Shown here: one piece after another, positions 46,085 through 53,946 of the stretch | Numbering within the stretch: the stretch's first letter is position 1 | Layout of the letters: each line of letters opens with the position of its first letter | Origin: an uncultured Planctomycetia bacterium | GTDB taxonomy: Bacteria; Omnitrophota; Gorgyraeia; Tantalellales; Tantalellaceae | Direction of reading: 5' to 3' | Assembly: GCA_964409365.1 (NCBI GenBank) | Contig: CAYPCX010000009.1 | Location: 10,390-74,389 of the forward strand | DNA: 64,000 nt | Position numbers and translations under genes: made by a program | The notes under the pieces: generated by a model | What the model was told of the DNA's origin: nothing | What the model saw: the letters and a program-made list of their open reading frames with translations, nothing else | Database searches by the model: none

Positions 46085-47890
46085 ATGGATTTCACCGGTT
46101 ATTTTACAATAGCGATAATAGTTGCGATGACGGCAGTGCTTGCGTTAGAACTGGCGCCTTCATCGATAGTGCTGGCCGGGGCGTTGCTTCTATTTCTACT
46201 TACCGGAGTGATCAGTCCCACTGAGACCCTGGCGGGTTTTTCCAACAGGGGTATGATAACCGTGGGCCTTCTTTTCGTGGTGGCCGCAGGTCTTCAGTAT
46301 ACCGGAGCGCTTAACGCCGTGGCAAACAGGTTTTTGGGTAAGACCGCAAAAGGAAACAGGATCTCTTCTCTTTTCAAGATAATGGTGCCAGTTTCATCTC
46401 TTTCGGCTTTCCTTAATAACACGCCTATAGTCGTCATATTTACTCCGATTATCAAAAAATGGGCTGAAAAACTCGATCTAAGCGCTTCTAAATTTCTCAT
46501 ACCGCTCTCGTATGCCGCTATATTCGGCGGTATATGCACTTTGATCGGGACTTCCACCAATCTTGTGGTGCACGGCATGATGCTCCAGAACAATATTCGC
46601 GGACTTTCTATGTTCGAACTCGGCAAGGTGGGACTTCCGTGTGCTTTGTTGGGATGGCTGTACATGGCCTTCATCGGCCAGAGGCTGCTACCCGAGAGAA
46701 AAGACATAATGGAAGTGGTGATCGAGAACAGGAAAGAATATTTTATAGGCATGAAGGTGACCAAGAAATGCTCCGCTATCGGGAAAACTATCTTTGAAGC
46801 GGGCCTCAGGAACCTGAAAAATGTTTATCTTATGGAAATAGAACGGGGCGGAGATGTGTTCGGCCCGGTTTCACCGGATGAAAGGCTAAAAAGCGGTGAT
46901 ATACTGTATTTTGTGGGTGTTACTTCCGCGATCGTGGATCTGCAAGAGATCCCAGGGCTTGTTCCTGCGGCTCACGAGATGTTCGAAGATGATTTCCAGC
47001 GCGGTACGTCTTATTTTGTGGAAGCCGTGGTATCGGATTCATCCCCGATATTGGGAAGGACCGTCAAGGAAGTGGACTTCAGGGACAGGTACAAGGCCGG
47101 CGTTGTCGCCATACACAGGAACGGTGAAAGGATAAAATCAAAGGTCGGGAGTATAAGGTTGCATGCCGGCGACGTGCTTCTTCTTTTGTCCTCGGACGAG
47201 TTCCTCAAGAACTGGTCCGATTCACGCGACTTTTATCTCGTTTCCACGATAAAAAAACAGGAACCCAGGGTTTATCATAAAGCTTTCATGGCGGTGGCTA
47301 TACTTACACTTATGGTCCTGGCCGCCACTTTTGGTTCGAAACTGCCGGAAATAGGAGGGAATAGGATAGGTATGTTCTACGCCGTTGCGGCCGCGGCAGC
47401 CCTCATGATGATAACAAGGTGCGTGACCATAAACCAGGCAAAAAGGTCATTGGACCTGAACGTGCTTATGACCATAGCCTGCGCCTTCGGGTTGAGCAAG
47501 GCCCTGCAGAACAGTGGAGCGGCGGGCGCGATAGCCACTTTTCTGATAAACCTGGTGAAAGGTTTCGGGCCTGTCGGTGTCCTTGTCGCGATATATCTGC
47601 TTACGACCGTTTTTACGGAGATAATAACCAATAATGCGGCGGCGGCCTTGATATTTCCTGTAGCCTATTCCGCGGGAGCCCAGATGGGCGTCGACCCGAG
47701 ACCTTTTTTTATAGCCATAGCGATCGCCGCCTCGGCAAGTTTCGCGACACCAATAGGATACCAGACCAATCTCATCGTTCAGGGCGCGGGGGGGTACAAA
47801 TTCACTGATTACCTTAAGGTAGGATTGCCTTTGAACGTGTTGTTTCTCATAGTCGCGGCGTTTGTTATCCCAATGTTCTGGCATTTTTAA
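46085..47890 (+). CDS. SLC13/DASS-family anion permease with two central TrkA-C (RCK_C) domains; putative sulfate transporter
   Basis: Two multi-TM transporter halves flanking tandem TrkA-C-like domains. Sits directly after sat/cysC. Confidence 0.7.
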   Translation: MDFTGYFTIAIIVAMTAVLALELAPSSIVLAGALLLFLLTGVISPTETLAGFSNRGMITVGLLFVVAAGLQYTGALNAVANRFLGKTAKGNRISSLFKIMVPVSSLSAFLNNTPIVVIFTPIIKKWAEKLDLSASKFLIPLSYAAIFGGICTLIGTSTNLVVHGMMLQNNIRGLSMFELGKVGLPCALLGWLYMAFIGQRLLPERKDIMEVVIENRKEYFIGMKVTKKCSAIGKTIFEAGLRNLKNVYLMEIERGGDVFGPVSPDERLKSGDILYFVGVTSAIVDLQEIPGLVPAAHEMFEDDFQRGTSYFVEAVVSDSSPILGRTVKEVDFRDRYKAGVVAIHRNGERIKSKVGSIRLHAGDVLLLLSSDEFLKNWSDSRDFYLVSTIKKQEPRVYHKAFMAVAILTLMVLAATFGSKLPEIGGNRIGMFYAVAAAAALMMITRCVTINQAKRSLDLNVLMTIACAFGLSKALQNSGAAGAIATFLINLVKGFGPVGVLVAIYLLTTVFTEIITNNAAAALIFPVAYSAGAQMGVDPRPFFIAIAIAASASFATPIGYQTNLIVQGAGGYKFTDYLKVGLPLNVLFLIVAAFVIPMFWHF

Positions 47891-47902
47891 CGCTGTTTTT
47901 AG

Positions 47903-47931
47903 TTGACTTGCGATTAAGCGGGTGCTATATT
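47903..47931 (+). promoter_or_regulatory. sigma70-like promoter TTGACT-17-TATATT for tRNA-Ala
   Basis: Hexamers read directly, about 20 nt upstream of the tRNA. Confidence 0.55.
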
Positions 47932-47951
47932 GATTTTTCATAAATTCCGGT

Positions 47952-48027
47952 GGGGCTGTAGCTCAGCTGGGAGAGCGCGTGCATGGCATGCATGAGGTCA
48001 GGGGTTCGATCCCCCTCAGCTCCACCA
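47952..48027 (+). tRNA. tRNA-Ala (anticodon GGC), CCA encoded
   Basis: G3:U70 pair in the acceptor stem. Anticodon loop AT-GGC-AT. TPsiC GGTTCGATCCC. Confidence 0.9.
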
Positions 48028-48030
48028 ATT

Positions 48031-48060
48031 TTTGAAAGGGGAACCATTGGTTCCCCTTTT
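48031..48060 (+). terminator. Rho-independent terminator after tRNA-Ala
   Basis: AAAGGGGAACC-ATTG-GTTCCCCTTTT stem-loop with T tract. Confidence 0.7.
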
Positions 48061-48327
48061 ATATATCCCCTCCTTTACAGGAATCAAATATAGGGATCGA
48101 AGGGAGCCGCTGAACCTCTCCATGGCGCTTCGCTGTCACCTCCTCCTGTTCGGTATTCTGCTTATTTGCATTTTTTTATTGACAAATGAAGAGGTAGGAA
48201 ATATACTTTTTCTAAATTACAGGATTATCCTGTATAATATATATAGATCAAGGTGGGTCAGAGATGGTTTTTGTCTCTGTTTTTTTGAACTCTCTGGCAA
48301 AAGCGATAAACGCAAAAATGGAGGCCT

Positions 48328-48747
48328 GTGATGAGAGAAGTGAGAAAAGAAGCGTTTGGTCCGCATCTGATGCTGGACCTAAGGGAGTGTGTCGCGGAAA
48401 AGCTTCGTGATTATGATCTCATTTTCGAGATACTGCACGACCTTCCGGAAAAGATAGGGATGACCAGGATAACGCAGCCGTATGTCTTTCCTTATTCGGG
48501 GCTGGTCCCGGAGGACAAGGGCATAACCGGGACGGTCATCATAGCGGAAAGCCACATATCTATCCACACCTTTCAGGAGAAGGATTACTGCTTTGTGGAT
48601 GTCTTCTCGTGCAAGGACTTTGACGTGGACTTCGCCGCCAAGTATCTGATAAACGCTTTTGAGTCAAAGAATTACGATAAATACGTAGTGCACAGGGGCA
48701 AGGATTTTGCGAGATTCAGGCAGGCCGAAGAAGTGGCCGTAGCCTGA
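48328..48747 (+). CDS. speH: S-adenosylmethionine decarboxylase proenzyme (small SpeH/SpeD class 1)
   Basis: Self-processing motif AESHISIHTF(Q)E. GGAGG RBS. Confidence 0.8.
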   Translation: MMREVRKEAFGPHLMLDLRECVAEKLRDYDLIFEILHDLPEKIGMTRITQPYVFPYSGLVPEDKGITGTVIIAESHISIHTFQEKDYCFVDVFSCKDFDVDFAAKYLINAFESKNYDKYVVHRGKDFARFRQAEEVAVA

Positions 48748-48755
48748 CCATACTG

Positions 48756-49610
48756 ATGGGACACGGAATATGCTTTGCCGGGTCTGAAGGATCATGCGGC
48801 GATCGGGATAAAGCGGAAATAACGATACTGCCTGTTCCTTACGACAGGACAAGTACTTGGATAAAGGGGGCCGATAAGGGCCCCCTTGCTCTTTTAGAGG
48901 CCTCCGCGGCTCTCGAGTTCTACGACATGGAGACGGACTCCGAGGTGTACAGGCGCGGTATATATACGTGCCCTTTTCTCGAGGTCGATGTTCCGCCGGA
49001 AGAGATGGCGCTCCGGGTAGAGGAAAAAATCACGGAGCTCCTGGACGAGGGTAAGTTCGTCGTAACGATAGGCGGGGAACATTCCGTGAGCGTCGGCCCG
49101 GTAAGGGCGCATAACAAAAAACACAAAGACCTCTGCGTTCTCCAGCTGGACGCCCATTCCGACCTGAGGGACGAATACGAGAACAGCCGTTATAACCACG
49201 CCTGCGCCATGGCCAGGGTAAAGGAAACATGCCCGGTGGTCCATGTCGGCGTAAGGAGCATGGACGTATCGGAAAAGAAGAGGCTCGATCCGGGAAGCGT
49301 CTTTCCGGCCAGAGACATCTTTGGGAAGAAGGACTGGGTAGACTCCGTGGTTGGACGGCTTTCGCCGGACGTTTATGTGACCATCGACCTGGACGTGTTC
49401 GACTCGAGCCTGATGCCGTCGACGGGCACGCCCGAACCCGGCGGCCTTACGTGGTACCAGGTGCTCCGGCTTTTGAGGACCGTGACGGAGGCGAGGAACG
49501 TTGTCGGTTTTGACGTGGTCGAGCTTTGTCCCAGTGAACACAACAAGGCCCCCGATTTTACGGCCGCGAAACTGGTTTATAAGTTTTTAAGTTATGTATA
49601 TAATAAGTAA
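48756..49610 (+). CDS. speB: Agmatinase (arginase/ureohydrolase family)
   Basis: GGEHS, DAHSD and TIDLDVFD metal-binding motifs. Polyamine context next to speH. Confidence 0.75.
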   Translation: MGHGICFAGSEGSCGDRDKAEITILPVPYDRTSTWIKGADKGPLALLEASAALEFYDMETDSEVYRRGIYTCPFLEVDVPPEEMALRVEEKITELLDEGKFVVTIGGEHSVSVGPVRAHNKKHKDLCVLQLDAHSDLRDEYENSRYNHACAMARVKETCPVVHVGVRSMDVSEKKRLDPGSVFPARDIFGKKDWVDSVVGRLSPDVYVTIDLDVFDSSLMPSTGTPEPGGLTWYQVLRLLRTVTEARNVVGFDVVELCPSEHNKAPDFTAAKLVYKFLSYVYNK

Positions 49611-49670
49611 CCAGTAACCAGTAATAAGTAATAAGTAACCAGTAACCAGTAACCAGTAACCAGTAACCAG
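49601..49670. repeat. Heptamer array TAATAAG/TAACCAG x10; overlaps the last four speB codons and its stop
   Basis: Reverse complement of the CTGGTTA arrays at 11440-11480. Perfect 7-bp register. Confidence 0.85.
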
Positions 49671-49696
49671 ACTGGGAACTAAACAAGCGTATTCAT

Positions 49697-52162
49697 ATGG
49701 AACAATATAACCCCGGTAAAATAGAAAAGAAATGGCAGAAGCGCTGGAGGAAAGAAGGCCTTTTCAATATCGACGTCAAGGATACCTCCAATAAGTATTA
49801 CTGCCTGATGATGTTCCCGTACCCTTCGGCGGCGCTGCACGTCGGCCACGGGAGGAACTACATAATAGGTGACGTGGTCGCCCGCTACAAGATGATGAGG
49901 GGCTTGAACGTGCTTACGCCGATGGGGTGGGACGCTTTCGGCCTTCCCGCGGAGAACGCCGCTATCAAAAGCGGCCTGCACCCCAAAGAGTCCACGTTGG
50001 ATAACATAGCGATGATGAAGAAGCAGATGGATTCCTGGGGGGTGGATTATGACTGGCAGCGCGAGGTCACTTCCTGCCTGCCCGATTATTACAAGTGGAC
50101 CCAGTGGATATTCCTGAAACTTTTCGAGAAAGGTCTTGCCTGCCGCAGGGAGGCGTTCGTCAACTGGTGCCCGTCCTGTAGCACAGTTCTTGCCAACGAA
50201 CAGGTCGTGAACGGCCAGTGCGAAAGATGTGACACCCGGGTCGAGCAAAAACAGCTGGAACAATGGTTCTTCCGTATTACGGAGTACGCCGAGCGGCTGC
50301 TTAACGACCTGGAGAAGCTTGACGAGTGGCCCGAGAAGGTGCGGATAATGCAGCGCAACTGGATAGGCCGCTCGGAAGGCGTGAACATAGACTACCCGAT
50401 AGTAGGTTCCGACAAGAAGCTTACTTGCTTTACGACTCGTGTCGACACCATATATGGATGTACTTACATGGTCCTTGCCGCGGAGCACCCCATGATAGAA
50501 GAGCTGGTCGCGGATGATCCCGAGAAAGAAAGAATAATGGAATTCGTCCGCGAAGTGAGGAACGAATCCAAGATCGAGCGGCAACAGATCGAGACCGAGA
50601 AAAAAGGAATATTCACAGGTAAGTACGTCATCAACCAGATAAACGGGAGGAAGATACCTCTCTGGATAGCGGATTATGTGTTGATGGAATACGGTACCGG
50701 CGCCGTGATGGCCGTGCCCGCCCATGACCAGAGGGATTTCGAGTTCGCCAAGAAATACGGCCTGCCGATAGAAGTGGTCATAGACGACCCGGCCGGGCAT
50801 CTCGAGGCGAAAAAAATGACCGAGGCGTACGAGGATGAAGGTGTCCTTGTCAATTCCGCGCAGTTCGACGGCATGAAGAACACGAAAGCCATGGAAGCGA
50901 TAGCCGACCACATGGAAAAAGAAGGTATCGGCAAAAGGGCGGTCCATTATAAGCTGCGCGACTGGCTCATTTCCAGGCAGAGGTACTGGGGAGCTCCCAT
51001 ACCTATAGTTTATTGTGACAAGTGCGGGATCGTCCCCGTTCCCGAGGACCGGCTTCCCGTTATCCTGCCGGAGGCCATAAAGTTCAAACCGACGGGAGAA
51101 TCTCCCCTTAAGGGAATATCCGATTTCGTTAATGCGAAATGTCCGTCGTGCGGCGGGAACGCCAAAAGGGAGATCGACACGATGGATACCTTCGTCGATT
51201 CAAGCTGGTATTATCTCCGTTATATCTCCCCGAAACTGGAGGACAGGCCGTTCGACACGGAAGACGTGAACAGGTGGCTGCCGGTAGACCAGTATATAGG
51301 AGGGGTGGAACACGCGATATTGCACCTTTTATATTCAAGGTTCATCACGAAATTCCTTTGCGACGCCGGTTACGTGGGTTTCGACGAGCCGTTCAAACGC
51401 CTGTTCACACAGGGCATGATAATCAAGAACGGCGCCAAGATGTCAAAGTCGAAGGGGAACGTCGTAAGCCCCGACAACCTTATTAAAAAGTACGGCGCCG
51501 ATACGGTACGTTTGTACACGCTTTTCATAGGGCCGCCCGAGAAAGACGCCGAATGGTCCGACAGGGGAGTGGAGGGGGCGTACCGTTTTCTCAAGAGAGT
51601 ATGGAACCTCCTCGAGGTATATGAGAACTCCGGTGAGGAGGGCGCCGACGGGGCGGCGAAAGAAGACCTTATGAGGAAGATGCACCAGACCGTCAAGAAA
51701 GTGACCGACGATATAGACGGGGCGTTCCATTTCAATACCGCTATCAGCGCGGTCATGGAACTTGTTAACCAGGTGTATGTTAGCGTGAACGAAAAAGGCA
51801 AGCATTGTTTCAGCAGGAAATGTCTTGAAGAAGTGATAGGCAACATAACGCTGCTTTTGGCGCCTTTCGTGCCTCACATAGCCGAAGAGATACGCGGAAG
51901 AATGGGAGTGAAAACAAGCGCTTTCAGGTGCAAGTGGCCGGCCTACCGTGAAGATATGCTGCTTGCCGATACCGTGGTCGTTCCCGTCCAGATAAACGGT
52001 AAGCTGCGCAGTACCATAGAAATGCAGCGCAACCTGGACCAGGATAAGATACGGGCGATCGTCGCGGAAGACGAGAAGGTCAAACAGTGGGTCGGGGGTA
52101 AAGATATCCGCAAATGGATAATCCTTCCCGATAAGCTGGTGAATATAGTCGTTAGTCGTTAG
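49697..52162 (+). CDS. leuS: Leucyl-tRNA synthetase
   Basis: HVGHGRNY (HIGH-class) and KMSKS motifs. Full-length bacterial LeuS. Confidence 0.95.
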   Translation: MEQYNPGKIEKKWQKRWRKEGLFNIDVKDTSNKYYCLMMFPYPSAALHVGHGRNYIIGDVVARYKMMRGLNVLTPMGWDAFGLPAENAAIKSGLHPKESTLDNIAMMKKQMDSWGVDYDWQREVTSCLPDYYKWTQWIFLKLFEKGLACRREAFVNWCPSCSTVLANEQVVNGQCERCDTRVEQKQLEQWFFRITEYAERLLNDLEKLDEWPEKVRIMQRNWIGRSEGVNIDYPIVGSDKKLTCFTTRVDTIYGCTYMVLAAEHPMIEELVADDPEKERIMEFVREVRNESKIERQQIETEKKGIFTGKYVINQINGRKIPLWIADYVLMEYGTGAVMAVPAHDQRDFEFAKKYGLPIEVVIDDPAGHLEAKKMTEAYEDEGVLVNSAQFDGMKNTKAMEAIADHMEKEGIGKRAVHYKLRDWLISRQRYWGAPIPIVYCDKCGIVPVPEDRLPVILPEAIKFKPTGESPLKGISDFVNAKCPSCGGNAKREIDTMDTFVDSSWYYLRYISPKLEDRPFDTEDVNRWLPVDQYIGGVEHAILHLLYSRFITKFLCDAGYVGFDEPFKRLFTQGMIIKNGAKMSKSKGNVVSPDNLIKKYGADTVRLYTLFIGPPEKDAEWSDRGVEGAYRFLKRVWNLLEVYENSGEEGADGAAKEDLMRKMHQTVKKVTDDIDGAFHFNTAISAVMELVNQVYVSVNEKGKHCFSRKCLEEVIGNITLLLAPFVPHIAEEIRGRMGVKTSAFRCKWPAYREDMLLADTVVVPVQINGKLRSTIEMQRNLDQDKIRAIVAEDEKVKQWVGGKDIRKWIILPDKLVNIVVSR

Positions 52163-52174
52163 TGCCGAGGGATA

Positions 52175-52936
52175 ATGAAAAGAATATCCTTATTTCTGAT
52201 ACTTGCGTTTCTTCTGACACCTGCGCGTGCCGCTTTTTCCGAGGTCCCGGACCTTAAGAAAGCGAAAGAATATGACGCGAAGATCCCCATAAAGGTGGTC
52301 AGGGAGATACCGCTTCCCAAAGGGTATCATGAGGGCCTCTTCTATGACGGACAGCACATGTGGGTGTGTAACGGCGAAAAAGGGAATATCTGGCTTGTGG
52401 ACCTCGGAACGGGCGCCGTCGATTCGGAAATAGAACCACCGGGAACGTTTACCGAGGGAGTGACGCTTTCCGGGAAAGGCACCTTCTGGGTGACCGACTG
52501 GGACGAAAAGAAGCTTTACCGCGTAAAGGTCGAAGACGACAAGATGGTCGTGGATTATGACATCTCCCTCGAACCGGCGCACCCGACGGGTGTGGTGTGG
52601 ACGGGGAAGAACCTGTACGTTATTACCTGGACCAGGGGTGTGACCGGGACCACGTACCATCTCATGCAGATGGATGAGGACGAACGCCTTTTCCGCAAGA
52701 TGCGGATAAAAAGGATACATGAACCCGCGCACCTGGCGTGGGATGGACATTACCTGTGGATAACAAGCTGGTACAGCCGGCTCGTGTATAAGGTGGATGT
52801 GGAGACATTCAGGGTCCTCGGGTCTTTCCGTTCGCCCGCGGTGGCGCCTACCGGGATCACCTGGGACGGGCAGTATCTATGGATAACGGGGACCCGTGCG
52901 GGGCTGTATCAGGTAGAGGTGGGCAAGGGGGAGTAG
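52175..52936 (+). CDS. Secreted beta-propeller-like repeat protein (glutaminyl-cyclase-like repeats), function uncertain
   Basis: Signal peptide. Four repeats of the G-x-x-W-D/T-G-x-x-L/M-W-V/I type. Confidence 0.45.
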   Translation: MKRISLFLILAFLLTPARAAFSEVPDLKKAKEYDAKIPIKVVREIPLPKGYHEGLFYDGQHMWVCNGEKGNIWLVDLGTGAVDSEIEPPGTFTEGVTLSGKGTFWVTDWDEKKLYRVKVEDDKMVVDYDISLEPAHPTGVVWTGKNLYVITWTRGVTGTTYHLMQMDEDERLFRKMRIKRIHEPAHLAWDGHYLWITSWYSRLVYKVDVETFRVLGSFRSPAVAPTGITWDGQYLWITGTRAGLYQVEVGKGE

Positions 52937-52942
52937 GGCCCA

Positions 52943-52970
52943 GGGAACGTGGGAGACCACGTTCTTTTTT
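52943..52970 (+). terminator. Rho-independent terminator
   Basis: GGGAACGTGG-GAGA-CCACGTTC followed by TTTTTT. Confidence 0.65.
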
Positions 52971-53037
52971 ACCCATAAATTTGATGAAAAACAAAAAATA
53001 AATAGACAAATAATCAATATTGAAGGATAATGATTAG

Positions 53038-53063
53038 GAGAGTAACCAGTTACCAGTGACAGG
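53038..53063. repeat. GTAACCAG-type heptamer repeat upstream of the four-helix-bundle gene
   Basis: AGTAACCAGTTACCAGTGACAG. Inverted relative to 53454-53483. Confidence 0.5.
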
Positions 53064-53436
53064 GAAAATGGCAGGATTTAAGTTTGATTTCGAAAATCTG
53101 AAAGTTTATCAGAAGTCTTTGGATTTCATAGATGCAGTTTTTAAAATATATAAAAACTTAAGCCATGAATATAAATACTCGATAGGCAGCAATTTGATCA
53201 GAGCAGCTTTGTCAGTATCCAATAATATTGCAGAAGGTAACGACAAGGGGTCTAACAGGGAAAGAAATAGATACTTGTCTATTTCATCTGGTTCTACGAG
53301 AGAGTGCGTCTCGGTTTTAAATATTTTAAAAAGACAGAATATGATTGATACAAATGTCTATTTAAAGTTGAGAAATGATGCTCGGGAAATTACGAATATG
53401 CTTCAAGGTTTGATCAAAAATAATTTAAAACGATGA
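53056..53436 (+). CDS. Four-helix-bundle protein (TIGR02436 family, the so-called 23S rRNA intervening-sequence protein)
   Basis: YQKSLDF...IYK...FP..E.Y.I.SQL.RAALSVSNNIAEG...S.RE...YL.IS.GS..E is the family signature. Sits in an AT-rich islet. Alternative ATG at 53068. Confidence 0.7.
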   Translation: MTGKMAGFKFDFENLKVYQKSLDFIDAVFKIYKNLSHEYKYSIGSNLIRAALSVSNNIAEGNDKGSNRERNRYLSISSGSTRECVSVLNILKRQNMIDTNVYLKLRNDAREITNMLQGLIKNNLKR

Positions 53437-53453
53437 ACTTTTTAATTCTATTT

Positions 53454-53483
53454 CTGGTTACGGGAAACCGGTTACTGGTTACT
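53454..53483. repeat. CTGGTTAC-type heptamer repeat downstream of the four-helix-bundle gene
   Basis: CTGGTTACGGGAAACCGGTTACTGGTTACT. Confidence 0.55.
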
Positions 53484-53488
53484 TTAAT

Positions 53489-53860
53489 ATGGATTCAAGA
53501 ATATCCGAGAACATCGTTCTAATAGTCCTCTCAGTGATCCTCTTCACCGGGGGCCTGGGGCTTCATTTAAGGCGGCATAGGCTGCCTCAAGATACGGCCA
53601 TAGTGATTGACGGAATAGAAAAGAGACTCACACTTACGGAGATCGAAGAACATTTAAAAGAAAGCAGGAGGGTCAACATCAATACTGCTTATATCGAGGA
53701 AATAACTTCCATACCGGGTATAGGAAGGGTCATGGCTTCAAGGATCGTAGAATACAGGGATGCGCATGGCAGGTTCTTCGATGAGAAAGATCTATTAGAG
53801 ATCAAAGGCCTTGGAGAGAAGAAGCTGAACCGTATCAAAGAGTATATACGATTAGATTAA
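53489..53860 (+). CDS. comEA: ComEA-type helix-hairpin-helix DNA-binding competence protein
   Basis: N-terminal TM plus tandem HhH (IPGIGRVMASRIVEYR...GLGEKKLNRIKE). Confidence 0.8.
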   Translation: MDSRISENIVLIVLSVILFTGGLGLHLRRHRLPQDTAIVIDGIEKRLTLTEIEEHLKESRRVNINTAYIEEITSIPGIGRVMASRIVEYRDAHGRFFDEKDLLEIKGLGEKKLNRIKEYIRLD

Positions 53861-53938
53861 GGAGGAAAGGTGCTCCCTACCAGGGCCCCTCCGCCCGGTG
53901 TGGATCCTCCCTGTACGGGAGCACCCTTCCTCCTTTAA
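53859..53938 (+). promoter_or_regulatory. Long hairpin (18-bp stem, about 40-nt loop) coextensive with a 22-codon GTG-start Pro-rich mini-ORF, between comEA and comEC
   Basis: AAGGAGGAAAGGTGCTCCC...GGGAGCACCCTTCCTCCTT. Mini-ORF V-LPTRAPPPGVDPPCTGAPFLL-stop. SD immediately follows the comEA stop. Mini-ORF stop is 8 nt before the comEC ATG. Confidence 0.4.
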
Positions 53939-53946
53939 GCGTAACT

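Noticed and set aside
44085-48027. Genomic island or integrated element between the two tRNA genes.
   Set aside because: No integrase, transposase or direct-repeat att-like duplication of tRNA 3' ends was seen. Gene content is ordinary metabolism.
11289-49670. Whether the tandem repeat blocks could be CRISPR arrays.
   Set aside because: Units are 7 bp with no interspersed unique spacers of 25-40 bp, and no cas genes are in the window.
49679-50947. A 422-aa minus-strand ORF over the 5' part of leuS.
   Set aside because: Antisense to an unmistakable LeuS reading frame. No motifs.
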